A DNA stretch of 42,984 nucleotides from a virus. Both the position numbers and the translations under genes were made by a program. The notes under the pieces were generated by a model. That model ran no database searches, was not told the origin of the DNA, and worked only from the letters and a program-made list of their open reading frames with translations. Below, piece after piece: positions 8,357 to 16,646 of this stretch. Position 1 is the first letter of the stretch; every line of letters starts with the position of its first letter. The DNA lies in IMG/VR virus record IMGVR_UViG_3300045988_157988, positions 1 through 42,984 of that record. One strand, given 5' to 3'.

Positions 8357-9211
8357 ATGCAACAAGGATGGATAACATTGCACAGGAGTTTACTTGACAA
8401 TTTTTTGTGGGAAGATAAGCCTTTTACAAAAGGTCAAGCTTGGGTTGATTTGTTACTGAATGCTAATCACGAAGATAAAAAAATTATGTTTGATGGTAGT
8501 GTTGTTGAAGTCAAACGTGGTGAAAAAATAACATCCATTAGGCAATTAAGCGAGCGTTGGGGTTGGAGTACAACGAAAACAAAAAAATTTTTAAACGTGT
8601 TACAAAGTGAAAAAATGTTGACTTATTTTAGTAACAGTAAAAAAACCACCTACACAGTAGTAAATTACAACAAATATCAAGATTTGAATAACAGTAAAAG
8701 TAACACAGAAGTAACACAGAAAAAACACAGAAGTAACACAGAAGTAACACAGAAAAATACAAACAACAATGATAACAATGATAACAATGATAACAAGATT
8801 ATTAATATTTTATCTAACGATAAAATATTTGTGGTACTTTTGCAAAAATGGAATTCACTTCCCGATGTTATTCCAAAAATATCCACACTCAAAAAAGATA
8901 CTCAAAGATACAAGATGTTATCGCAAAGACTTAATGAATACGGGCAAGACAAAGTGATTGAAGCAATAAATAATATCCACAATAGCCCTTGGTTGTTAGG
9001 ACAAAACAATCGAGGGTGGGTAGTAACTTTTGATTGGTTTGTTAGACCTAACAACTTTGTAAAAGTTTTAGAGGGCAACTATTTAGACAAAAAAATAATC
9101 GATAAAAAAGGCAGATACATCGAAGATAGCGACATTTTGACTGATGAGGAAAAAAGGGAAAGAGAAAAAAACAAATATTCTGGAACAGATGAGTTATTTG
9201 ATAAATATTAA
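8357..9211 (+). CDS. Phage replisome organizer / replication initiator (N-terminal phage_rep_org_N-like, C-terminal Phg_2220_C-like).
   Basis: N-terminal pattern W..LHR.LLDN.LW......AWVDLLLNAN...G.V..RGE..TSIRQLSERWGWSTTK.KKFL. The low-complexity linker is encoded by tandem DNA repeats. C-terminus reads WLLGQNNRGWVVTFDWFV. Confidence 0.65.
   Translation: MQQGWITLHRSLLDNFLWEDKPFTKGQAWVDLLLNANHEDKKIMFDGSVVEVKRGEKITSIRQLSERWGWSTTKTKKFLNVLQSEKMLTYFSNSKKTTYTVVNYNKYQDLNNSKSNTEVTQKKHRSNTEVTQKNTNNNDNNDNNDNKIINILSNDKIFVVLLQKWNSLPDVIPKISTLKKDTQRYKMLSQRLNEYGQDKVIEAINNIHNSPWLLGQNNRGWVVTFDWFVRPNNFVKVLEGNYLDKKIIDKKGRYIEDSDILTDEEKREREKNKYSGTDELFDKY
8700..8797. repeat. Iteron array inside the replication gene: about five tandem copies of the 11-mer GTAACACAGAA followed by about 3.5 copies of the 9-mer CAATGATAA.
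   Basis: Direct reading shows 11-bp units at 8700, 8711, 8722 (degenerate), 8733 and 8744, and 9-bp units at 8767, 8776, 8785 and 8794 (partial). Confidence 0.8.
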
Positions 9212-9338
9212 AAAAACATAGCTAATTTTAATTTTATTGTTCTAGGTATGTAATTATACTAAAAATACATTTTAAAACAAAATAGATAGCAAAATTTTTG
9301 ATTAAGAGCATATTAGAAACGATGGGAGATGATGAAAA

Positions 9339-9734
9339 ATGATTTATGATTTAATCATAATGACAAAACCGATGACAAAACAACGTCCACGATTTAACAG
9401 AAATGGGATTGTATTTACGCCCAAACAAACAACGGACTATGAAAAGCTAATCGCCACAAAGTGGAAAGAGAAATACAAGATACCAACTGAAAAGGCTGTT
9501 GAGGTGGATTTATATTTCACTTTTGAAAGACCTAAAAGCTGGACGAAAAAGAAAAGAGAAAATATAAAATTCCACACTTTAAAACCTGACGTTGACAATC
9601 TCGAAAAGGCTATACTGGACGGCTTGAACAAGGTGGCTTTTGTAGATGATAAGCAAGTTTTCAGTGTATCAGCTAAAAAATATTATGCTGATTATAATTC
9701 TATCAGAATTGTGATTACAGAATACGAAGATTAA
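9339..9734 (+). CDS. rusA: RusA-family Holliday junction resolvase.
   Basis: KPDVDNLEKAILDGLN is the canonical RusA catalytic-aspartate motif. About 130 aa. RBS GATGGGAGATGA. Confidence 0.8.
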   Translation: MIYDLIIMTKPMTKQRPRFNRNGIVFTPKQTTDYEKLIATKWKEKYKIPTEKAVEVDLYFTFERPKSWTKKKRENIKFHTLKPDVDNLEKAILDGLNKVAFVDDKQVFSVSAKKYYADYNSIRIVITEYED

Positions 9735-9822
9735 AAAATAAAAAAATATAGCTAATGCGAAGAAATTTAATAAATAAAAATAGTTAGCAATAACAACGTT
9801 TGCAATAAAAGGAGAATTTAAA

Positions 9823-10203
9823 ATGATAAAAATTAAACAAGAAAACACATACAAAGTTTTAAAACCTGAATTATTTAAAGCTGGTGAAATGCTACTAGGA
9901 AAATATGAATTATATAAAAATAATGCTTTTGAAGATAAAAGATATTGCTTTGGTAAAACTTTTGGAACTAAAACACATATTAAATATGGTTCATATAACA
10001 GCTTTCATATAATGTTTATACCAAAAACAAATACATTAAACTTACATTGTAGCAGTTACGGTGGTATGTGTAGCTTTGTGTTTGATGAGAAAGAATTGAC
10101 AAAAAAACATAATAAATGTGATATGGAGTGTATGCAATTTACAATAAATTTTGTCAAAGAACTAATACAAAACGGAATAATTGAATGCCCAAGAAAGGAC
10201 TAA
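9823..10203 (+). CDS. Hypothetical protein, cysteine/histidine-containing.
   Basis: AAAGGAG RBS. No recognisable domain. Confidence 0.5.
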   Translation: MIKIKQENTYKVLKPELFKAGEMLLGKYELYKNNAFEDKRYCFGKTFGTKTHIKYGSYNSFHIMFIPKTNTLNLHCSSYGGMCSFVFDEKELTKKHNKCDMECMQFTINFVKELIQNGIIECPRKD

Positions 10204-10663
10204 AAAAATGTTAAAAGACTTGATTAAAAAAGCTCAAGAAGAAAATTTAGATTATAGAAATATTGAAAAAGAGCTATTAGAATATATTGTTGATAGCGAA
10301 ACAACAGACGAAGATATTGCACAAGCATTAATTGAGATTGAAAAAAGAGGAACGAATATGATAGCAACTAGATTTAATGAAAATTTTAAAATTGAAATAA
10401 GTTGCTATACAAGAAAAATTAAATCTATTAAGATAAGAATTTTTTCAAGATATAATTATCAATGTCATTATAATATAATAGGCACTTTCATATATGATTT
10501 TGCAAATAAAACATTCTTTGTGAAACCTTATAATGAAAGTGATTATGGCGGTTATGGAGATACAACTTATGAAAACCTACTAGAAATGAGAAAAATTTGT
10601 AAATTAATATCAAAAGATACAATTAAAAACACAATAGCAACAAAATTAAGTGAGTTATTATAA
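10181..10663 (+). CDS. Hypothetical protein. The true start may be the ATG at 10207.
   Basis: ORF in series with its neighbours. No recognisable domain. Confidence 0.45.
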   Translation: MNAQERTKKMLKDLIKKAQEENLDYRNIEKELLEYIVDSETTDEDIAQALIEIEKRGTNMIATRFNENFKIEISCYTRKIKSIKIRIFSRYNYQCHYNIIGTFIYDFANKTFFVKPYNESDYGGYGDTTYENLLEMRKICKLISKDTIKNTIATKLSELL

Positions 10664-10857
10664 TGTTAATAAACAATTTAAGCAAAAGAGAATATCTAAC
10701 AAGATATCAAGTAATACAATTAGTTAGCAACTTAAATAAATTAGATGTTCACAAATTCATAACAATACTTGACACTGTTCTACCAGAACAAAAACTGTAC
10801 AAGACTAGATTAATACTGGATACAATAAAATACACAAGGAGGATACAAGATGAATAG
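10663..10857 (+). CDS. Hypothetical small protein.
   Basis: Tightly packed with an ATGA-type overlap with its neighbours. Confidence 0.4.
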   Translation: MLINNLSKREYLTRYQVIQLVSNLNKLDVHKFITILDTVLPEQKLYKTRLILDTIKYTRRIQDE

Positions 10858-11395
10858 AGAAGAAATTATAACAAATATACAAAATAAATTAAATAGTGCT
10901 TATATGATGAAAGATAGAGAAAAAGTAGATGAAATTATCAGAATTGTGTTTGACGAAGTTGAAAAATTAAAACAACCTGTTACATTGGCTGAATTTTTAG
11001 GTTGGGAGGAAAATGAAATTTATATTTTTTTTAATCTTCCATATATGGTTAAAGATGATGAACTTTGCTTTTTAAATAATGAAAATGAATGGCGAACAGT
11101 TACTTGTTATAGAGCTTTAACAGAAATTAAACAACGAGCTAAAAAGGTTGAACCTAAAAAGATTGAACCTAAAAAGTATTATTTTAAATTGAAAGAAGAA
11201 TATATAAAATTTATTTGTAAAGATATTTGTAACAGTTATCTTAATTTTAAGATAGAAGAAAGATTGTACTTTTTAGGTTGCAATGACAATGTAAAATACA
11301 AATTTCAAACAAAATTCACAGATGAAGAAATAAAAAATATCAAGTTACCAGAGCCTTTAACGATTGATATGTTTGAAAAAATAGAGGTGGAGTAG
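10850..11395 (+). CDS. Hypothetical protein.
   Basis: AGGAGGATACAAG RBS. Ends in ...KIEVE immediately before the next start codon. Confidence 0.5.
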   Translation: MNREEIITNIQNKLNSAYMMKDREKVDEIIRIVFDEVEKLKQPVTLAEFLGWEENEIYIFFNLPYMVKDDELCFLNNENEWRTVTCYRALTEIKQRAKKVEPKKIEPKKYYFKLKEEYIKFICKDICNSYLNFKIEERLYFLGCNDNVKYKFQTKFTDEEIKNIKLPEPLTIDMFEKIEVE

Positions 11396-11602
11396 ATGAG
11401 CGTTATAGCGAAAGAATGCATTGTTGGTTACTATGATAAAGATGGAGAATATAATGAAATTGAATTAAAACAAAATAAAGAATATACTATTTCTTTTAAA
11501 GCAAAATTAGAACATACAGATGGAGATTTACTAATATTTAATGCTCATAATTGTATAGAAATAAGTGTTGATGATATCACAGGAATAAACGAGGTGGAGT
11601 AG
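11396..11602 (+). CDS. Hypothetical small protein.
   Basis: Start follows GAGGTGGAGTAG. Ends in ...INEVE. Confidence 0.45.
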   Translation: MSVIAKECIVGYYDKDGEYNEIELKQNKEYTISFKAKLEHTDGDLLIFNAHNCIEISVDDITGINEVE

Positions 11603-11899
11603 ATGAAAAAAATATCAAAAAAAGCGGTTGAGATAGTAGAGAAATACGGTTGTATTGATAAAATTGTAGGGGAAGAATGGGAATATCTTTTAAAACAAAT
11701 AGATAAATTATATCCTGATTTTGCAGTTGACACTGATATTTGGAATATGAGGATAACAAAAGAATATTCTGGAGAATTTGAACAAGACGGACAATACTGT
11801 TCACAATCAACGATTGGAGAATCAGAGGATTGTTTTAGAGGAATTTATTATTTCCCAACAACAGATGGAAGATATTTAGCTGTAAGTTATGATTGTTAA
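11603..11899 (+). CDS. Hypothetical protein.
   Basis: Start follows GAGGTGGAGTAG. Confidence 0.45.
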   Translation: MKKISKKAVEIVEKYGCIDKIVGEEWEYLLKQIDKLYPDFAVDTDIWNMRITKEYSGEFEQDGQYCSQSTIGESEDCFRGIYYFPTTDGRYLAVSYDC

Positions 11900-11912
11900 G
11901 GAAGTGTAGTAG

Positions 11913-12107
11913 ATGAAAATTAATGTTAATTTTACGTTAAATATAGACGTTGATAAATACGCAAAAGAAAATAAAGAACAAGTTGAAAAATTTTTAAATG
12001 CTACAAAAGAAAAACATTTTGAAACAATGTTAAAAATGTTGAACGAAACTTTTGTAACTGATGAATTTACAACTGTTGATATAAACGGTTTAGAAGTGGA
12101 GAGGTAG
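11913..12107 (+). CDS. Hypothetical small protein.
   Basis: Start follows GAAGTGTAGTAG. Ends in ...LEVER. Confidence 0.45.
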   Translation: MKINVNFTLNIDVDKYAKENKEQVEKFLNATKEKHFETMLKMLNETFVTDEFTTVDINGLEVER

Positions 12108-12110
12108 CAG

Positions 12111-12521
12111 ATGAATAATTTAAAATTTAGGGCTTATATCAAGTCTATACAAAAGATTGTTAATGTTACGGAAATTGATTTTAATAACAAAATGCTGACT
12201 TTGAATATAGCGACTAATAAGGTATATCCCGAAACCTCTTATTGGTGGAAAGAAACAGAACTTGCTTTTAGTCAAGTAATCATAATGCAAAGTACAGGCT
12301 TGAAAGATAAAAATGGAAAAGAAATTTTTGAGGGAGATATTTTGAAAACAAGAACAAGAGGTTATGTAATTGTTAGAAAAGAAAACGGAAATACAATGAC
12401 TACTTTTAAAAGTGGAACTAATAAAAGAACAAGTTTAGTTTTAAGCAGTTTTTTAGAAAAATATCAAGTTGTAATAATAGGCAACATATACGAAAATAAG
12501 GAGTTGTTGGAAAATGAGTAA
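12111..12521 (+). CDS. YopX-family protein.
   Basis: N-terminal LKFRAY... and central IMQSTGLKDKNGKEIFEGDIL match the YopX signature (MQyTGLkDknGkeIyEGDI). Confidence 0.8.
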   Translation: MNNLKFRAYIKSIQKIVNVTEIDFNNKMLTLNIATNKVYPETSYWWKETELAFSQVIIMQSTGLKDKNGKEIFEGDILKTRTRGYVIVRKENGNTMTTFKSGTNKRTSLVLSSFLEKYQVVIIGNIYENKELLENE

Positions 12522-13221
12522 CGTAGAACACCCAAAACATTATCAATTTAATGTCAATCTCGAAGCGTTAGATATAATAACGATAGTTACAAAAGATTTT
12601 AAAGGAAAAGTTGCTTTTTGCTTGGGCAATGTTATTAAATATTTAATGAGAGCAGAAAGAAAAAACGGATTAGAAGATTATAAAAAGGCTTTGTATTATT
12701 TGGATATAATAACTTTTTATCAACAAGGGGATAATTATACATCAACAGAAAGATGTATTTTAAGTGCTGTTTTAGATACTTTTGAAGATAAAAAGTTAAA
12801 AGATATTTTGTATAAGGTGTTCTTTTATTATTTTAAAAGTGCAAAAAATGATTTAAAAGAATATATAGACAAAAAAGGAGTAAAGATGAATAGGGCGGAA
12901 CGTAGAAAAAATAAGATAAAGAAAGAGGCTATTTATAATCTCAATCAAAGTCAAATTGATAATTTAAAAGCTAGTGCGACAAGCGAGGCTATAAAATTTG
13001 CAAGTTATCAATTTATGTACTTATCTCTTATGATTTTAAGGGATAAATATGGCTTTGGTAAAAAGAGATTAGGTGATTTTGTTGAAAGTGTTGTTGAATT
13101 GATGGATAGTGTTCAAAAAGATTACTTAACACTTGATGATATGAAAAATGCAATTTATGATGAAACGGGTGTAACACTTGAAGAAGTCGCGAAAGGAGTT
13201 AAAAGAAAATGCAAGAATTAA
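12514..13221 (+). CDS. DUF3310-family phage protein.
   Basis: HPKHYQFNVNLEALDIITIV...FCLGNVIKYLMRAERKNGLEDYKKALYYLD matches the DUF3310 pattern (HY...e.idii......f..gN.iKYl.Ra..K....dl.KA.wYl). Confidence 0.6.
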   Translation: MSNVEHPKHYQFNVNLEALDIITIVTKDFKGKVAFCLGNVIKYLMRAERKNGLEDYKKALYYLDIITFYQQGDNYTSTERCILSAVLDTFEDKKLKDILYKVFFYYFKSAKNDLKEYIDKKGVKMNRAERRKNKIKKEAIYNLNQSQIDNLKASATSEAIKFASYQFMYLSLMILRDKYGFGKKRLGDFVESVVELMDSVQKDYLTLDDMKNAIYDETGVTLEEVAKGVKRKCKN

Positions 13222-13724
13222 ATAAAAAAATAATTGAATGGGCAAAAGAAAGAGAAATTGATAAGAAAGGAACGGTTGAAGGGCAAGTTATTAAGACAAT
13301 AGAGGAAATGTCAGAACTTATCAAAGGGATATGTAAAGATGATATTGATTTAATCAAAGATAGTATTGGTGATGTTTATGTAACATTAGTTATTGGAAAT
13401 ATGTTATCTGTTTATAAAGAAAACTTAGAACATATAGTACAAGCTCAACATATTCGTTTTGAAAATTTTGGTTTTAACAGAAGTGTAAATAAAATTCAAG
13501 AAAAAGCGAGCCATTTAAAAGGTTTAAATGATTATATAAATTATATGGTAAATAATTTATGCTATGGTATATGTTTAAGTGGTATAGTCGCATGGCTTAT
13601 AGATATAGCCGATTATTACAACACAACACTAAAAGAATGTGTGGAACTTGCATATAACGAAATAGCTAACAGGAAAGGCAAAATTATAGACGGTCAATTT
13701 GTTAAGGAAAGTGATTTGAAATAG
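13209..13724 (+). CDS. MazG-like nucleotide pyrophosphohydrolase.
   Basis: IKTIEEMSELIKGICKDD...DSIGDVYVTLVIGNML fits the MazG helix pair (EE..EL..Ai......e.....ElGDvl). Confidence 0.55.
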   Translation: MQELNKKIIEWAKEREIDKKGTVEGQVIKTIEEMSELIKGICKDDIDLIKDSIGDVYVTLVIGNMLSVYKENLEHIVQAQHIRFENFGFNRSVNKIQEKASHLKGLNDYINYMVNNLCYGICLSGIVAWLIDIADYYNTTLKECVELAYNEIANRKGKIIDGQFVKESDLK

Positions 13725-13733
13725 GGGGTAATT

Positions 13734-14183
13734 ATGCCTAGAGAGTATGGAAATCCATTCGTTGAGGATTTTAAAAGAAAGCTAAAAAATTATAAAAATA
13801 TTGAAAATGCTATAACTCAAATAGAGCAAAGACTTGAAGAATTAAAAGCTATAAATGACCCTAAAGGATTTAATTCTAATAGCTTTAATAGTGGTGGCGC
13901 TGACTATAACAAGCAAGAGGAAAAAATGATAAATTATTTAGCTGAAAGTAATAGATTAAATACTCAATTAAAAAATAATAAACTTGATTATTCACTTATT
14001 ACAAAATCTTTTGAAATACTTGATAAGACGGAAAAAATAATAATTGAAGAACTTTATTTTAAACACACAAAGATTGATAAGTTAGAGTTTTTGCTAAGTT
14101 ATGAACGTTCACAAATACATAACATAAAGAATAGAGCAATAGCAAAAATGCTTAATTATATTTATGGTTATGTAACGTGGTAA
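13734..14183 (+). CDS. ArpU-family / sigma-region-4-like late transcriptional regulator.
   Basis: About 150 aa. It is the last gene before the packaging and structural operon. The C-terminal HTH-like segment LLSYERSQIHNIKNRAIAKML resembles sigma-70 region 4. A terminator and a 240-nt gap follow. Confidence 0.5.
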   Translation: MPREYGNPFVEDFKRKLKNYKNIENAITQIEQRLEELKAINDPKGFNSNSFNSGGADYNKQEEKMINYLAESNRLNTQLKNNKLDYSLITKSFEILDKTEKIIIEELYFKHTKIDKLEFLLSYERSQIHNIKNRAIAKMLNYIYGYVTW

Positions 14184-14375
14184 AAAATATTGTATATAAA
14201 ATATAGACTTTTCTATAAACTCCCCACAAAATGTATAGAAAAACGTGTTACAATGATATTGTGAAATAATGAAAACGCATAGAAATCCTCTTATATAAAT
14301 AAATGTAACAGCAAGTGTATTCTGGTTAAACTAATTTTTTAAAAATATTTGCAAAGTTATTTCACAGTACAGCAT

Positions 14376-14406
14376 AAAGCGATGTATTTTATATGTCGCT
14401 TTTTTG
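14376..14406 (+). terminator. Rho-independent terminator between the early/middle and late regions.
   Basis: Stem AAAGCGA/TCGCTTT (14376-14382 and 14396-14402) followed by a T-run. Confidence 0.5.
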
Positions 14407-14431
14407 TTACTAAAAAAGAAAGGTGGATAAG

Positions 14432-14995
14432 ATGAAAATTGAAAAAATAGATATCAATTTACTTAAAGAGTATGATAATAATGCGAAAATTCATACTCAA
14501 GAACAGATTGAACAGATTTGCAATTCTATAAAACAGTTTGGTAATAATGACCCGATAGCAGTTGATGAAAATAATGTAATCATCGAGGGACACGGTCGTT
14601 TATACGCTCTTAAACAGTTAGGTTATGAAGAAGTTGAGATAATTAGATTAACTCACTTAACTGATGAAGAAAAGAAAGCTTATATACTTGCACATAATAA
14701 ATTAACAATGAATACTGGTTTTGATTTTGAAAAACTTGAAAATGAGCTAAAGGATATTAGCTTGGATATGGCTGATTTTGGATTTGATTTAGATAGTGTT
14801 AATATGATTGACTTATTAGAAGAGGATGGGTTTTCAAGTTTATCCGATACAGTTGCAAATTCAGTTGACACTTTTTCGGTTACATTTCAATTTCCTACTG
14901 AAAAGAAACTTGAAATTACAGAATTTATTAAATCAAAAACTAAGAATTATTTTGTTGCAGATATATTAAATAAAATGGAGGAAGAAAAACAATGA
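14432..14995 (+). CDS. ParB-like nuclease domain protein.
   Basis: ParB N-terminal (sulfiredoxin-like) motifs: IDINLLKEYDNNAKIH and IIEGHGRLYALKQLG (a GxHR..A box). The ATG at 14432 follows AAAGGTGGA; the track's GTG start was discarded. Confidence 0.7.
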   Translation: MKIEKIDINLLKEYDNNAKIHTQEQIEQICNSIKQFGNNDPIAVDENNVIIEGHGRLYALKQLGYEEVEIIRLTHLTDEEKKAYILAHNKLTMNTGFDFEKLENELKDISLDMADFGFDLDSVNMIDLLEEDGFSSLSDTVANSVDTFSVTFQFPTEKKLEITEFIKSKTKNYFVADILNKMEEEKQ

Positions 14996-15852
14996 TAGAT
15001 TGTGGTTCACAGTGTTTTTTGTGCGATGTTCCTATAAGATTGGATACATATATGGGTTGTACTCATAATTGTAAGTATTGCTTTGTTTATCGTAAATATG
15101 ATATCAGTAATGTAAAAGTAGCAGGAGGCATTCAAGCATTGAAAAATTTTGTTGTTGGAAAAAGAACACAAGAAACTAAATGGTGCAATTGGAATATTCC
15201 TTTACATTGGGGAGGAATGTCAGACCCTTTTCAACCCTGTGAAAAAAAACATAGGGCGTCGTTTGAATGTCTTAAAATTTTTGCTGAAACTCAATACCCA
15301 TTTATTGTTAGTACAAAGGGCAAATTAATTGCTGATGATGAGTATTTAGAACTTTTAAGCAAGTGTAATGCTGTTGTTCAAATATCTCTTGTTAGTCCTA
15401 AGTATGATAAAATCGAAACTGGATGTCCTACTTATTACGAAAGGATTGAAATAATAAAGAAAGTTGCTCCAAGAGTTAAAAGGATTAACATTAGAATTCA
15501 ACCTTATATGAGAGAAGCAAAAACTGATATTATTAATCATTTAGAATTGTATAAAAATATTGGTGTTTATGGAATTATTCTTGAGGGAATGAAATTTATA
15601 AAAAAGGTTAAAGGTCTTGAAAAACTTGGTGGAGATTACGTTTATCCTTTAAATGAATTGAAATGTGATTTTACAGAAATCAAAGAAAAAGCACATAAAT
15701 TAGGGCTTAAAGTTTATATGGGTGAAAATAGATTGAGAAATATGGGAGATGATTTATGTTGTTGTGGAATTGATGGGTTGAAAGGTTTTAAAGGAAATGA
15801 CTACAACTTAAATCATTATTTGTTTGACGAAAAAAAAAACTATACCTGTTGA
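14992..15852 (+). CDS. Radical SAM protein, SplB/COG1533-like (CxxxCxxC). The C-terminus may be truncated by a frameshift at an A10 tract.
   Basis: GCTHNCKYCF radical SAM cysteine triad. Downstream WGGMSDPFQP...FIVSTKGKLIADDEYLELL resembles the COG1533 DPYQP...TKS motif series. The ORF ends just after the homopolymer at 15830-15839. Confidence 0.55.
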   Translation: MIDCGSQCFLCDVPIRLDTYMGCTHNCKYCFVYRKYDISNVKVAGGIQALKNFVVGKRTQETKWCNWNIPLHWGGMSDPFQPCEKKHRASFECLKIFAETQYPFIVSTKGKLIADDEYLELLSKCNAVVQISLVSPKYDKIETGCPTYYERIEIIKKVAPRVKRINIRIQPYMREAKTDIINHLELYKNIGVYGIILEGMKFIKKVKGLEKLGGDYVYPLNELKCDFTEIKEKAHKLGLKVYMGENRLRNMGDDLCCCGIDGLKGFKGNDYNLNHYLFDEKKNYTC

Positions 15853-16061
15853 AGCGATGAAAAATAGTGGCAGTTCAATGTGTTTCAAAACATTATTTCA
15901 AAATACAGAATCAGGTCCATATTTCAAAAAAAATAGTTTTAAGGATGTTATGGATTTAGTTTTTGTTGATAAAAAATACAGAAAGATTTTAGGAAAATAA
16001 TTAACAATAGAAAGGCATCTAGTAAGGTGTATTTTTAATTACATAGAAAGGAGTGAGCTGA

Positions 16062-16646
16062 ATGGCAAAAGGCAAGTATCAACAATGGCTTGAGCCAGAC
16101 GGCTTGCTTTTAATTGAGGGCTGGGCTAGAGATGGTTTAACAGAGAAACAGATTTGTAAAAATATGGATATTTCTAACTCAACATTAAGTGAATGGAAGT
16201 TGAAATATCCTGTAATATCGGAAGCCTTAAAAAGGAAGAAGGAAATAGTTGATAAAGAAGTTGAGAACGCATTGCTAAAGTCGGCAATGGGTTTTTTTTA
16301 TGAAGAAGAAGTTATCGTCAAAGTTAAGGATAAAGAGGGCAACGAACACGTTACACTAAAGAAAGTTAAACGGTATGAAAAGCCTAACTCAACAGCACAG
16401 ATATTTTGGTTAAAAAATAGACAAAAACAAAGTTGGAACTCTAACAAAGATAAGTTAGATGAAAAAGAACAAGATATAAGAATAAAACATAGTGAAATCA
16501 AGCTAAAACAAGAAGAAATTAACACAGAATTAATTAAGGCTAATACCGAATTAACTAAAGTAAAAACTGATAAATTAAGGGGTATTTCAGATGAAATAGA
16601 AGATTTAGAAGATTTAGAAACTAGGATATATGGTGATGAAAATTGA
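16062..16646 (+). CDS. terS: Terminase small subunit.
   Basis: N-terminal MAKGKYQQWLEPDGLLLIEGWARDGLTEKQICKNMDISNSTLSEWK is the typical HTH of Firmicute phage TerS. Lies directly upstream of TerL with an ATGA overlap. Confidence 0.8.
   Translation: MAKGKYQQWLEPDGLLLIEGWARDGLTEKQICKNMDISNSTLSEWKLKYPVISEALKRKKEIVDKEVENALLKSAMGFFYEEEVIVKVKDKEGNEHVTLKKVKRYEKPNSTAQIFWLKNRQKQSWNSNKDKLDEKEQDIRIKHSEIKLKQEEINTELIKANTELTKVKTDKLRGISDEIEDLEDLETRIYGDEN

Noticed and set aside
8769-8957. A 62-aa ORF (MITMITMITR...) inside the replisome-organizer gene.
   Set aside because: It is an artefact of reading the tandem iteron DNA repeats in another frame.
14184-14422. Search for a canonical sigma-70 late promoter in the gap before the packaging operon.
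   Set aside because: Only weak matches were found (TTACAA ... AAATAAT). Late promoters dependent on ArpU-type regulators are non-canonical, so no promoter call was made and only the terminator at 14376-14406 was kept.
14992-15852. Radical SAM protein read as a prokaryotic viperin-like (ddhNTP synthase) antiviral enzyme.
   Set aside because: The CxxxCxxC context and the downstream DPFQP...TKG motifs fit the SplB/COG1533-like DNA-acting family better. Viperin-specific C-terminal motifs were not recognised. The question stays open until an HMM search is run.
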